A DNA stretch of 64,000 nt from Bifidobacteriaceae bacterium (lineage in GTDB: Bacteria > Actinomycetota > Actinomycetes > Actinomycetales > WQXJ01). Positions 1-9,631 of the stretch are shown in pieces. Position numbers and translations under genes: made by a program. Numbering within the stretch: the first letter of the stretch is position 1; every line of letters starts with the position of its first letter. The stretch lies in NCBI GenBank assembly GCA_031268215.1, contig JAIRXP010000086.1:2747-66746 (forward strand), written 5' to 3'. The notes under the pieces are model-generated. The model searched no databases. It was not told the DNA's origin and saw only the letters and a program-made list of their open reading frames with translations.

Positions 1-2
1 GG

Positions 3-176
3 TTGCGCTTCACCGGCGGACGTCTGATCACCGCCGGGAAATGGGACGGCGCCACATTGACGGTGATAGTCAAAGCGCAGCGCGGCGCCTCCTTGGGAGA
101 AGGGCAAGGCTTGGCTCAGGCGCCGCGACTTGATCTGGACCTGATCCGCAAAGGCAGTTTCGGGACATGGCCATGA
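3..176 (+). CDS. 3' end of an upstream ORF, plausibly ImuA'-like partner of ImuB (5' end outside window)
   Basis: Frame open from the window edge (...LRFTGGRLITAGKWDGATLTVIVKAQRG...GTWP*). Its TGA (174-176) overlaps the imuB ATG (167). This is where imuA' sits in actinobacterial imuA'-imuB-dnaE2 cassettes. Too short for a domain call. Confidence 0.4.
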   Translation: MRFTGGRLITAGKWDGATLTVIVKAQRGASLGEGQGLAQAPRLDLDLIRKGSFGTWP

Positions 177-1753
177 ACAGCGGGGGGGACAAACCCACGG
201 CCCGGCGCCTGGCGGCGGTTTGGATCCCGGACTGGCCGGTGGTGGCGGCCATCGCAGTGGGAGCGGCGCCCGCTGCGGAGCCGGTCATGGTGGCAGACGC
301 GCATCGTGTCAAAGCTGTTAGCGCATCCGCACGGGCGGCCGGCGTCAGGCGTGGCATGAAACGGCGTGCCGCTATGTCGCTGTGTCCCAACGCCGTGATG
401 GTGACAGCGGATCGGATGCGGGACGCCAGGGCCTTCGAGGACCTGGCTGTAGTGGTGCATTCGCTGGTGCCATCGGTGGAGTTGCTGCGGCCCGGTCTGA
501 TGCTTTGCCCGGCGATTGGCGCCAGTCGCTATTACGGCAGTGAGGAAGCTTTCACTGAACAGCTTTTGACGGAAGTAGCCGCTCAGACCGGGACTGAGGC
601 CTGGGCGGGCGTGGCGGACGGCCTGCTGGCAGCTATCCTGGCGGCCCGCGATGGACGGGTGGTTCCGCTGGGCGAGTCCAAGGAGTACCTGGCGCCGCGC
701 CCTTTGCGTGACCTGGGCGTTGCTCTGCGCGGTACCGCGAACGGTGAGAACTTGGATGTGCTGATGGATCTGTTGTTTCGGTTAGGTATCCGGACTTTGG
801 GCGATCTGGCTGATCTGCCCGCTCACAATGTGACTGAACGGTTCGGGCCGGTGGGAATCTGGGCTCAAAGGCTGGCTCGGGCTGAGGACGCCCAAACTGT
901 TCCCGGACACCAATTACCTAAACAATTCGTGTCGGTATGGGAAGCCGATCCGCCAATGACAACAGTTGAACAAGCCATCATGGCTGCCCGGCGGTTGGCG
1001 GAAGATCTTCACGTCAAACTAGTTACCAATGGCCAAGGCTATGACCGCTTGCGCGTCAGTGCCATCACTGAAACCGGTGAACAGCTAGAAAGAACCTGGC
1101 GGCTGGAAGGCGTTGACGCTGCGGGAGTACAAGACCGGGTTCGCTGGCAGTTAGATGGCTGGCTGACTGGGCGCAGCGGCTTGCTGCCCAGTGGCGCCTT
1201 GGTCCGGCTCAGTCTCGAAGCGGAGGAAGTACATCCGGCGGGGGCTGGTTCGGCTCGGCTGTGGGGAACCAGCGGCTATGCCGCCGCGCGGGCGGTCCGT
1301 GGTGCCGAACGGATCCACACCATGCTTGGCGGCGGCGGTGTCTACCAGCCGGTTGTGCAAGGTGGCCGGGAGCCGCGCGGCCGAATCAGGCTGGTCGAAT
1401 GGGGGGAGGACACCATCCCACTCCGGCCAGTTGACCGGCCTTGGCCTGGGGCCGTGCCGGAACCAGCCCCCAGTTTGATGCCACCGGAACCAGTACCCGT
1501 GGAATTGACTGATTTAGCTGGCCAACCAGTAAAAGTCGGGGCCTCGCTGGAACTCAGCGCTGGCCCAGTCAACCTTAACAAGGCTCCGGTTAAGGGCTGG
1601 GCGGGCCCCTGGCCAGTGGTGGAACGGTGGTGGGGGACAACCCCGAAACGGATGGTTTACCTTCAAGTTCAGGTTGAGCGCAGTGGCAAGGAAGAAACTA
1701 CCTTGCTGGCCTGTGAATCCGGGCAGTGGAGATTGGAGGGGGTCTATGACTGA
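167..1753 (+). CDS. imuB: ImuB, Y-family-polymerase-like mutasome subunit
   Basis: 528-aa ORF with a Y-family-like N-terminus (WIPDWPVVAA...), lying directly upstream of dnaE2. Its stop overlaps the dnaE2 start (ATGA at 1746-1753). Confidence 0.85.
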   Translation: MAMNSGGDKPTARRLAAVWIPDWPVVAAIAVGAAPAAEPVMVADAHRVKAVSASARAAGVRRGMKRRAAMSLCPNAVMVTADRMRDARAFEDLAVVVHSLVPSVELLRPGLMLCPAIGASRYYGSEEAFTEQLLTEVAAQTGTEAWAGVADGLLAAILAARDGRVVPLGESKEYLAPRPLRDLGVALRGTANGENLDVLMDLLFRLGIRTLGDLADLPAHNVTERFGPVGIWAQRLARAEDAQTVPGHQLPKQFVSVWEADPPMTTVEQAIMAARRLAEDLHVKLVTNGQGYDRLRVSAITETGEQLERTWRLEGVDAAGVQDRVRWQLDGWLTGRSGLLPSGALVRLSLEAEEVHPAGAGSARLWGTSGYAAARAVRGAERIHTMLGGGGVYQPVVQGGREPRGRIRLVEWGEDTIPLRPVDRPWPGAVPEPAPSLMPPEPVPVELTDLAGQPVKVGASLELSAGPVNLNKAPVKGWAGPWPVVERWWGTTPKRMVYLQVQVERSGKEETTLLACESGQWRLEGVYD

Positions 1754-4700
1754 CTACGCCGAACTCCATGCGCATAGTGCCTTCAGCTTCCTGGACGGCT
1801 GTAGTCAGCCGGCTGACTTGGCTTACCAAGCGGCCAGGCTCGGGCTTAGCGCTATGGCTATAACCGACCATGACGGCCTGTATGGCGTGGTGCAATTCGC
1901 TGACGCGGCCCGCGAGGTTGGCTTGCCCGCCGTATTCGGGGCCGAACTGACCTTGGACGGTGGCGAAGAATCGCCTGGTGCTTGCGACCCTCCTGGCACC
2001 CACCTGCTGGTGTTGGCCCGGGGGCCGGGAGGATACAAACGGCTCAGCCGGTCAATCGCCCAGGCCTATCTGGATGTGGGGCGAAAGGGGCCGCCTCGCT
2101 ATGACCTGGAGACCCTGGCCACCGCTAGCGGCGGCGAATGGCTGATCCTGACTGGGTGTCGCAAGGGTGCGGTGCGTCGTGCCTTGACTGGCGGGGCCGG
2201 CGGCTGGCATGGGCCTAGGGCAGGCGGCAGGACTAAGCCTTTGAAGGGGACCGGTGGTGGCGAACCGGACCGTCAAATGGCAGCCAAGAGGGAATTGGAC
2301 CGGCTGACAGCCCTGTTTGGGCGGGACAACGTAGCGGTTGAGATCACCGATTCTGGCGCCCCTGAAGATCCGGGGCTGATCGCGGCCTTGGCGGAACTGG
2401 CGCGGGGACGCCACCTTCCGTTAGTGGCCACCGGCAATGTTCACTATGCCCAAACCCAGCAATTCGCCATGGCCAGTGCTATGTCCGCTATCCGTGGCCG
2501 GCGTAGCCTCGAAGAAATGGACGGATATCTGCCGGCCGGGCCAACGGCGGCGTTGCGATCACCTGCCCAGATGGCCGCCCGCATGGGCCGGTTAGGACAA
2601 ACTCAAGCGGTCGCCGCCGCGGCCACCCTAGCCGCTGAGTGCGCCTTTGACCTGAAGCTGATAGCGCCCAAGCTGCCTCCCGCTGATGTGCCGGACGGCC
2701 ATGATGAAGCTAGTTGGCTTGAAGAGTTGACCTGGCGAGGCGCCAAAGAACGCTATGGTCCCCGCGGGCCGGCCAACGGTAAGGCTTATGAAGTCCTTGA
2801 ACATGAGCTGAAGGTCATCAAAGAACTGGGATTCCCAGGATACTTCTTGATCATGTATGAGATAGTCGAATTTTGCCGTGAACGCGGGATTCTTTGTCAA
2901 GGTCGGGGTTCGGCTGCTAATTCGGCTGTCTGTTATGCGTTGGGTATTACAGCCGTCGATGCCGTCCGTTACGGTCTGCTCTTTGAGCGCTTTTTGGCAC
3001 CGGAACGTGAAGGCTACCCGGATATTGATCTGGACATTGAATCTGGGCGCCGGGAAGAGGTCATTCAGCACGTTTATCGGCGTTATGGCCGCGACCGTGC
3101 GGCCTTGGTGGGGGCTGTCATCTCCTACCGCCCCAAACTGGCCTTGCGGGACGCCGCGCGAGCACTCGGATACGGCGCCGGGCAACAAGACGCCTGGTCA
3201 AAGCAGGTCGAGCGGTGGGGTCACCTGCGTCAGGGGAAAGTCAGCTATGTGCCGTGGGGGAGAGGTGATGCCAAACGGGTCGAGGCTGATGACGACCTTT
3301 CTGCTATCCCAGGTGACGTCCTCGAATTGGCTGAATCGTTTATGCGTTTGCCGCGCCACCTCGGCATTCACCCTGGCGGGATGGTCCTGGCGGATCAGCC
3401 AGTGATAGACATTTGCCCAGTTCAATGGGGCCGGATGGAAGACCGCTCGGTTTTGCAGTGGGATAAGGATGACTCCGCTTCAGCGGGACTGGTCAAATTC
3501 GATCTGCTGGGCTTAGGGATGCTGGGAGCGGTGCGGCTGGCTTTTGAGGAGATTGAACGCACCGAGGGATTGTGCTGGCAAATGCACACAATACCGCCGG
3601 AATGCCCAGAAGTTTATGACCTGCTTTGTGCCGCGGACACGGTTGGTGTCTTTCAGGTTGAATCCAGGGCCCAGATCGCCACCCTGCCTAGACTGCGTCC
3701 ACGGCGCTTTTACGACCTAGTGGTGGAAGTGGCGCTGATCCGGCCTGGCCCAATCCAAGGCGGTTCCGTCCATCCCTACATTGAACGGGTTAGGGGTCGC
3801 CAGCCGGTTACCTATGATCATGAACTGGTCCGTCCAGCGCTGGAACGCACCCTGGGCGTGCCTCTGTTCCAGGAACAGCTCATGCAGATGGCCATCTCCG
3901 CGGCTGGCTTCAGTGCTGGTCAAGCCGACCAGCTCCGGCGGGCGATGGGCTCCAAACGGTCCACCGAACGCATGGAGGCTTTGAAAGAGGACCTCATGAA
4001 AGGGATGGCGGAACACGGCATCCGGCCCGCCACCCGGATCAAGATCTATGACCAACTAAAAGCCTTCGCCGATTTCGGTTTTCCAGAATCGCATTCGTTC
4101 TCTTTCGCACTGATCGTTTACGTCTCGGCCTGGTTGAAGGTCTTCCATCCAGCGGCCTTCTACGCCGCGATCCTGGCGTCCCAGCCAATGGGTTTCTATT
4201 CGCCGCAGTCGCTGGTGGCGGATGCTCGGCGCCATGGAGTGGGCGTACGCGGGCCGGACGTAGAGTTTTCTGCGGCCATGGCCTGCGTTGAGCGCACCGG
4301 TCCAGGCGACAGACCATATTCGGGTCTCCTGAAGGGAGATCCGAGCCTGGGGATCCGGCTTGGGCTGGCCACGGTCCGGGGGATTGGGCGCAAGAAGGCT
4401 GAGGCAATTCAAACCGAACGCGAGGCCAACGGTGGCTTCAAATCACTGACCGATCTAGCGCACCGGTGTGGCCTGACGCCGCATCAGATGGAGGCCTTGG
4501 CCACGGCTGGGGCCTTGGGCGGTCTGGAACCGGACCGGCGCCGGGCCCTGTGGGCGGCTGGCGCCACCGGGGCGGCCGGCGAGTTGGCGGGAACCACTCC
4601 GGGACTTCAAGCGCCAACGCTGCCGGGCATGTCGGATGAGGAACTGGCCATGGCGGATATGTGGGCTAGTGGTGTCACCTTGGGCGAATACCCAACTGTT

Positions 4701-5042
4701 CATGTGCGTCAAGAATTGACGGCCGCGGAAGTCGTGCCGAATGATGAGGTCGCTTCCCACCCGGATGGGGAATGGATCAAGGTAGCCGGGGTGGTCACCC
4801 ACCGGCAGCGGCCCGGCACCGCTGGGGGAGTGACGTTCCTGAACCTTGAAGATGAGACGGGCCAGATCAACGTCATCTGCACGGCGGACGTGTGGAACCG
4901 GTTTCGGAAAGTTGGGCGTACGGCATCGGCCATGGTCGTGGCGGGAAGACTGGAAAACCGGGACGGGACGGTCGGTATCAAAGCCGGCCACTTGCACCCG
5001 CTGTATCTCAAAGTGCCAACCAGATCTCGCGATTTCCACTGA
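1746..5042 (+). CDS. dnaE2: Error-prone DNA polymerase III alpha subunit DnaE2
   Basis: PHP-domain N-terminus (MTDYAELHAHSAFSFLDG), a pol III alpha core and a C-terminal OB fold. Start set at ATG 1746, in frame with track ORF 1674..5042 and coupled to the imuB stop. Confidence 0.95.
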   Translation: MTDYAELHAHSAFSFLDGCSQPADLAYQAARLGLSAMAITDHDGLYGVVQFADAAREVGLPAVFGAELTLDGGEESPGACDPPGTHLLVLARGPGGYKRLSRSIAQAYLDVGRKGPPRYDLETLATASGGEWLILTGCRKGAVRRALTGGAGGWHGPRAGGRTKPLKGTGGGEPDRQMAAKRELDRLTALFGRDNVAVEITDSGAPEDPGLIAALAELARGRHLPLVATGNVHYAQTQQFAMASAMSAIRGRRSLEEMDGYLPAGPTAALRSPAQMAARMGRLGQTQAVAAAATLAAECAFDLKLIAPKLPPADVPDGHDEASWLEELTWRGAKERYGPRGPANGKAYEVLEHELKVIKELGFPGYFLIMYEIVEFCRERGILCQGRGSAANSAVCYALGITAVDAVRYGLLFERFLAPEREGYPDIDLDIESGRREEVIQHVYRRYGRDRAALVGAVISYRPKLALRDAARALGYGAGQQDAWSKQVERWGHLRQGKVSYVPWGRGDAKRVEADDDLSAIPGDVLELAESFMRLPRHLGIHPGGMVLADQPVIDICPVQWGRMEDRSVLQWDKDDSASAGLVKFDLLGLGMLGAVRLAFEEIERTEGLCWQMHTIPPECPEVYDLLCAADTVGVFQVESRAQIATLPRLRPRRFYDLVVEVALIRPGPIQGGSVHPYIERVRGRQPVTYDHELVRPALERTLGVPLFQEQLMQMAISAAGFSAGQADQLRRAMGSKRSTERMEALKEDLMKGMAEHGIRPATRIKIYDQLKAFADFGFPESHSFSFALIVYVSAWLKVFHPAAFYAAILASQPMGFYSPQSLVADARRHGVGVRGPDVEFSAAMACVERTGPGDRPYSGLLKGDPSLGIRLGLATVRGIGRKKAEAIQTEREANGGFKSLTDLAHRCGLTPHQMEALATAGALGGLEPDRRRALWAAGATGAAGELAGTTPGLQAPTLPGMSDEELAMADMWASGVTLGEYPTVHVRQELTAAEVVPNDEVASHPDGEWIKVAGVVTHRQRPGTAGGVTFLNLEDETGQINVICTADVWNRFRKVGRTASAMVVAGRLENRDGTVGIKAGHLHPLYLKVPTRSRDFH

Positions 5043-5062
5043 GGATGTGGTAAAGCTGACGG

Positions 5063-5977
5063 ATGAAACACGCCAACCGCGGATCAGGGCCAACCGGGCC
5101 GCCCCGGCACCGTCAACCCGCCGGGCCCTACGCGCCCGAGCCGATCGAACTACCAACGCCGCCGCTCCTTGACGCGTTCCCGCGAGGCGATGACCTCCAG
5201 TCGATGATCGACTGCTCTCGAAGGATCGTCTTCTTTGGCGGGGCCGGGGTTTCGACCGAATCGGGAATCCCAGACTTCCGCTCCGCTGACGGCCTTTACG
5301 CTTCGGGCGGTCCAATCCCGCCGGAGGTGATCCTGTCGCGGACCTACTTCAGGGAACAGACGGACGAATTCTTCGCCTTTTACCGCGAAAATGTGGTCCA
5401 CCCCGAGGCGCGGCCCAACGCGGCCCACCTCAAACTGGCTGAACTTGAGCGGTCTGGCCGCCTCAAAGCTGTGATCACGCAGAACATAGACGGGCTGCAC
5501 CAGGCCGCCGGATCCGTCAACGTGATCGAGTTGCATGGCTCGGTGCATCGCAATCGCTGTGCGATGTGTTGCAAGAACTACTCCTTGGCTTGGGTGTATA
5601 AGGCTGAAGGAATCCCAGCTTGCCCGTGCGGCAATATCATCAAACCGGATGTGGTGCTGTACGAAGAGCCGCTTGATAGTGCTGTAGTAGCCAGCGCCGC
5701 CAAGGCGATCGCCGGCGCCGACATGCTGATCATTGGGGGTACCTCGCTGGAGGTTTACCCGGCCGCTGGGCTGGTCGAATACTTCCGCGGCCGCCATCTA
5801 GCGATCATCAATAAGGTGGAGCCGGAAGGGGTGGAGGTCTTGAAGAAAGGGAAGCGCGGCAAGCGTACATTGATCATAGCCCGGCCAATCGGTGAAGTGC
5901 TGGCGGAGATAGAGGCAACGCCTATGCGCCCCGCCGGTGGTGTCAACGGAGCCGGCAGGGGCGGCCAGCCGGCCTGA
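5063..5977 (+). CDS. Sir2-family NAD-dependent protein deacylase (classical sirtuin type)
   Basis: Motifs GAGVSTESGIPDFRS and QNIDGLH, plus a Zn-binding Cys pair-pair (CAMCC...CPCG). The alternative in-frame ATG at 5204 (MIDCSRRIVFFGGAG) cannot be excluded. Confidence 0.85.
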   Translation: MKHANRGSGPTGPPRHRQPAGPYAPEPIELPTPPLLDAFPRGDDLQSMIDCSRRIVFFGGAGVSTESGIPDFRSADGLYASGGPIPPEVILSRTYFREQTDEFFAFYRENVVHPEARPNAAHLKLAELERSGRLKAVITQNIDGLHQAAGSVNVIELHGSVHRNRCAMCCKNYSLAWVYKAEGIPACPCGNIIKPDVVLYEEPLDSAVVASAAKAIAGADMLIIGGTSLEVYPAAGLVEYFRGRHLAIINKVEPEGVEVLKKGKRGKRTLIIARPIGEVLAEIEATPMRPAGGVNGAGRGGQPA

Positions 5978-5996
5978 GGTTGTGACGAGAGCCCCG

Positions 5997-6617
5997 TCAG
6001 GAGGCTTCGACCAGCGCTTTGAGATTCTTCAGCATCCGCCGGGTGGCGAAGAACCACAGCCAGTTGGTGGTCGCGGTGACCGCACCAACCCAACGCCGTT
6101 CCCACGCCGAACGTTCACGCACCAGGAGCCTGGTCGCGCCGCCTTCGACCGGTTCAAGCACGAAGGCCCACGATTTGCGCCACGGTTGGAGCGGCACCTG
6201 GTATTCGCCAGCCAGGACCAAGGCTCGTTCCGGGCGGATGTCGTGGACGCGGAAGACAACCGAGTCGATCAGATCAATTACATCGCCGTTCTTGAGGTCT
6301 TGCAGATCAGCGATCACGGTGGAGGCGGATGATGTGGGCGCGGAGGACACTTTGGCGGCCCAAGAATCATAGGAATACCAGCCGGCCCGGCCCATACCGA
6401 CCTGCACCAGCCAGGGCCAGACGGCGGAAGGCGGAGCTTGAATGGTTATCGCTCTGGTCGAGCTAAAGGCGGGGTTCTGGACCAATTCATCGCCGGGGAG
6501 TGGCGCAGCCTGCTCCTCGCCGGTGGCGCCCCAACGGCGGTGCAGTCTGGATCCGGTCGCGATGGCTCCGGCGGCAGCTAGGGCGGCGCCGAACCACCAA
6601 ACGGTGCGCAGCTTCAT
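5997..6617 (-). CDS. SRPBCC-family (polyketide cyclase/dehydrase-like) protein with hydrophobic N-terminus
   Basis: 206-aa ORF with SRPBCC-like motifs (AVWPWLVQVGMGRAGWYSYD...). Confidence 0.7.
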   Translation of the reverse strand: MKLRTVWWFGAALAAAGAIATGSRLHRRWGATGEEQAAPLPGDELVQNPAFSSTRAITIQAPPSAVWPWLVQVGMGRAGWYSYDSWAAKVSSAPTSSASTVIADLQDLKNGDVIDLIDSVVFRVHDIRPERALVLAGEYQVPLQPWRKSWAFVLEPVEGGATRLLVRERSAWERRWVGAVTATTNWLWFFATRRMLKNLKALVEAS

Positions 6618-6647
6618 TCAATAATCATCGCACAGGACGGCAGCGCA

Positions 6648-6663
6648 TGTGATGCAGGTCACA
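6648..6663. promoter_or_regulatory. Perfect CRP/GlxR-type palindrome TGTGA-N6-TCACA
   Basis: The sequence TGTGATGCAGGTCACA is read directly. Its centre lies about 38-39 nt upstream of the ATG (6617) of the minus-strand SRPBCC gene and 21 nt after the AI-2E stop. Confidence 0.45.
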
Positions 6664-6684
6664 TTAGGTTGAGGATTGGTCCAT

Positions 6685-7833
6685 TTATGGTGACTCTTCA
6701 ACGGTGCCCGTGATCGCCTCGGCGGCACTCATTGCTCTGAGCCTGCTGAAGACGGCCCAGCATACCGCCACCGCTGGGACGGAGACGATAGCCCCGACTA
6801 TGCCAGCCGTCAGCGCACCAATGACCACCGTCATCGCGACTACCACCGGGTGGAGGCGCACCTGCTTGGCCATGATCAAGGGTTGCAGCAGGTGTCCTTC
6901 GATCTGCCCAATCAGCGCCACCAGCGCCACTACCGCCAGCGCCCACCAAGGGCCTTTGGCGGCCAAGGCCACCACCACTGCCACGGTCATGGCGATGGCG
7001 GATCCAACGTAAGGAATGAATGTCCCCATCGCCACCAGCACGCCGATCGGCGTCGCCAGCGGGATCCCCATGATGGCCAGCGCGGTTCCCGCGAACAGCC
7101 CATTGGTGACGCCCACTATCACGATTCCCCTGGTGTAACCAGCGAATGTGGACCAGCCTGCATGGCCGGCGGCGTTGAGCTTTGCGGCTGTCCGCTCGCG
7201 GAACTGAGACAGGAGCCATTGCCACATCGCGGAACCGGAGTTGATGAAGAACACGGAACAGAACAACGCCAGAATCGCCCCGGTCAAGACCTCGGCGACA
7301 ATGCTGAAGCGGTTGATCACCTCGGTCAGCAGCATGGAGGAGTTGAGTCGGATCCATTCGGTCAGGTTCTTGGCTAACTGGTCCAGATCGAGCCCGTCGA
7401 ATGGAGCTGGCAGACGCGACAGCATGTCGTTTATCGAATTGATCCCATTGATCAGCTCGTCGGTTAGCAGCGGGATCTGGTTGCCCACGCTGACCCAGAC
7501 GAAGGTTCCAATGCCCCCAATCACGCCCAGCGCGGCGATGAACCCAATGACGGTTCCCAGCACACGGGGCACCCACTTAATCCGGTCCAGGAGATTCACC
7601 AGCGGCCTCAACACCGAGGTGATGACCAGTGACCCGAAGAGCGCGACAGCCACTAGCTGTAGCTGCCCAATGACCTGGATTATCAAGTACGCCGCCGCCA
7701 CCAGTACCAGCAAGCGCCAAGCGTTCCCGGCACTGACTCTCAGCCAGGCCGGCACGCCTGGTTGTTCCGCTGGGGCGTCTTTCACGTTCCTAGTCTGGCC
7801 CCAATGGGCGTCATGAGCGAATCCGCCGGTCAT
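6685..7833 (-). CDS. AI-2E family transporter (PerM/YhhT-like permease)
   Basis: 382-aa polytopic membrane ORF with the typical AI-2E layout and a conserved C-terminal half (FIPYVGSAIA...LLQPLIMAKQVRLHP). Confidence 0.85.
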   Translation of the reverse strand: MTGGFAHDAHWGQTRNVKDAPAEQPGVPAWLRVSAGNAWRLLVLVAAAYLIIQVIGQLQLVAVALFGSLVITSVLRPLVNLLDRIKWVPRVLGTVIGFIAALGVIGGIGTFVWVSVGNQIPLLTDELINGINSINDMLSRLPAPFDGLDLDQLAKNLTEWIRLNSSMLLTEVINRFSIVAEVLTGAILALFCSVFFINSGSAMWQWLLSQFRERTAAKLNAAGHAGWSTFAGYTRGIVIVGVTNGLFAGTALAIMGIPLATPIGVLVAMGTFIPYVGSAIAMTVAVVVALAAKGPWWALAVVALVALIGQIEGHLLQPLIMAKQVRLHPVVVAMTVVIGALTAGIVGAIVSVPAVAVCWAVFSRLRAMSAAEAITGTVEESP

Positions 7834-7854
7834 GGTATCTTGTCTTGGCTACCA

Positions 7855-7943
7855 GTCCGAGTGGCGGAATAGGCAGACGCGCTAGCTTGAGGTGCTAGTG
7901 CCCTTAACGGGGCATGGGGGTTCAAGTCCCCCCTCGGACACCA
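7855..7943 (+). tRNA. tRNA-Leu (anticodon GAG), encoded CCA, long variable arm
   Basis: Acceptor stem GTCCGAG/CTCGGAC followed by A and CCA. Anticodon stem CTAGC/GCTAG with loop TTGAGGT. T-arm GGGGG-TTCAAGT-CCCCC. Folded by hand. Confidence 0.9.
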
Positions 7944-9254
7944 GTGGGTTGGCACGTGAACCTGAGGGCATCGGAGCATCAATGTGGCGCGTTTTGGTTT
8001 TTCGAGCGCCGGGGCGGGTGGAACCTTTGCGGCCCGGGCCAGGGTTGGTCGTGCGGTCGAGGATTTCCCCCAAGTGCCCGGCCGGCCTGTTGGACACGGT
8101 GTGACGGGCGCCGGCTTCGGGGCGCGGCTTTTCGCGGAGCCTGATCCGGGTGGCGGCTTTGATTGCCACGGCGGCGTAATGGTCTGCGACGAGGCGTTCG
8201 GCTATTTCCAGGGGTACGGCCCGCATTTGGCAGTCGGCGGTCTTGTTGTGCCGCCCGACGCACACGAAACAGGGGTACACGTCGCCGGTGTGGGATCTCG
8301 CGTTGACCAGTAGTAGACGCGACCCGCAGTCCGCGCAGAAGAGGATGCGCCTGAGATAGTGGCCGTGGATCCGGTTGTGGACGTCCGCTTTGGCGTGCGC
8401 CGCCAAGACCGCTTAGACTTGGAGGAACACTTCGGCGGCGACGAGCCGCTCATGGCCGCCTTTGTAGACCTGGTTCCGGCAGACCACGTCGCCCTTGCAA
8501 TACGGGTTGGCGAGCATCTTGTACAGGTAGCCCTTCGTGACGGGCTTCGACGGATGTCTTGGGGTCGACAGGCTCGTCAATCCGCGCCTGGCTAGTTCCC
8601 CGGCCAGTTGCGGCGCGGTCCAGTTCCCGGAGGCATAGGCCTTGAACGCCCAGGCGACAAGCGGTCCCCGCTCTGGGTCGACTTCGACGGTGTGGACGCG
8701 GCGGCCTTCGGCGTCGCGGACTTGGACGTTTATGTAGCCGAGCGGCGCTTTGCGTGGTGTGCCCCCGGATTTCGCTTTCCGGGTCATGCCCTTGACGACC
8801 TCGGTCGCCAGGTTCTTAGATGCAGAACTCCGCGATTGTGGACATGATCCCGTGGAGCAGCATCCCGGACCGGGTCTCGTCGATGTTCTCCGTCGCCGAG
8901 ACCAGCACGACGTCGGCGTCGACGAACTCCTCGACCACCAACGCATCGAGTTCGTCGGCTTTCTTGTAGCTGGCGGCCCTTTGCGCGGGGATCGAATAGC
9001 CTTCGTCGGTGCCTTCCTTTTGGGCCTGCTCCTTTGTCGAGACCCGCAGATAGGTGACGGCGAGGGTGCGGCCGGCGGTCGTGTCTCGTGAACGCCGCAT
9101 CGGGCCGTTGGGCCCTGGGGGGCGGCTTGACCACCTGACGCAGGTCTTTCAGCTGGGTGAAGTCGAGTTGCGCGGGCCGTTCCTCGGTCACAGTGAACTC
9201 GCGTTCTTCTTGCGGCCTCCAGCTCGCCTTCCGCCGATACGTCCTCGCCATCAC
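7944..9254 (-). pseudogene. Large serine recombinase, frameshifted, internally deleted and 3'-truncated
   Basis: It is split over track ORFs 8784..9254, 8816..9100, 8413..8946 and 7882..8406. These carry the catalytic motif (YLRVSTKEQA...GYSIPAQRAA, ENIDETRSGMLLHGIMSTIAEF), the recombinase domain (KGMTRKAKSGGTPRKAPLGYINV) and the zinc ribbon (FCADCGSRL...CFVCVGRHNK). The catalytic domain lacks its middle, and the last reading frame runs into the tRNA. Confidence 0.75.
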
Positions 9255-9470
9255 CAGTTCCCTTCCGCCAGGCGGGCCGCTTCGGCGGCCAGCTGCGGGA
9301 TAGCCCAGGTTAGGTAAACGCGCTCACGCCCGGCCACGCGCAACAGCGTGGCCCAATTCTGCCGGTTCGCCGCGCCGACCGGGATGCTGGAGGGTCAACA
9401 CCTCGCCCGCGTCGGCCGGTTTCAAGGCGACGATGCCGACTGGCCGGCCCGGAACCTCAACGTTATCCAC
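9251..9470 (-). pseudogene. Possible GNAT-acetyltransferase N-terminal fragment (frameshifted)
   Basis: Hand translation gives VDNVEVPGRPVGIVALKPADAGEVLTLQ..., which resembles a GNAT N-terminus. It is then frame-broken, and its stop overlaps the recombinase start (GTGATG). Weak call. Confidence 0.25.
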
Positions 9471-9600
9471 ACTCCGATTCTACGAGGCGCTCGAGGCCTA
9501 CGAGATGGCGCAGGACTGGTCGCATACCGCGCCGAGAGAACGCAGGACGGTGGGACCAGGGTGTCCCTGGCGGAGCTGCGCGGCGCCCTACTAGGGTTTG

Positions 9601-9625
9601 CGACGTCTAGCGACTCTAGTATGCT
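9601..9625 (+). promoter_or_regulatory. Putative operator/-10 region of TA pair 1
   Basis: Tandem CGACGTCTAG / CGAC-TCTAG repeats abut TANNNT hexamers (TAGTAT, TATGCT) 6-9 nt before ATG 9632. There is no Shine-Dalgarno sequence, suggesting a leaderless or near-leaderless transcript. Confidence 0.35.
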
Positions 9626-9631
9626 AACCGT

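Noticed and set aside
4455-5315. Long ORFs antisense to, or out of frame with, real genes. Examples: 4455..5315(-), 16090..16713(-), 18268..19041(-), 36798..37865(-), 48768..49592(-), 55261..56085(+), 11623..12486(-).
   Set aside because: These are typical shadow ORFs of high-GC DNA. Each lies fully within a strongly supported gene, and their translations are Arg/Pro/Gly-rich with no motifs.
7882-7943. The part of track ORF 7882..8406(-) that overlaps the tRNA-Leu gene.
   Set aside because: This is read-through of the broken recombinase frame into the tRNA. The tRNA fold is canonical, and this part of the translation has no recombinase similarity.
9421-9600. Plus-strand frame giving ...RFYEALEAYEMAQDW..., which might be a GNAT C-terminal fragment.
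   Set aside because: It is a single short motif-like match on the opposite strand to the other GNAT-like fragment, with no supporting context.
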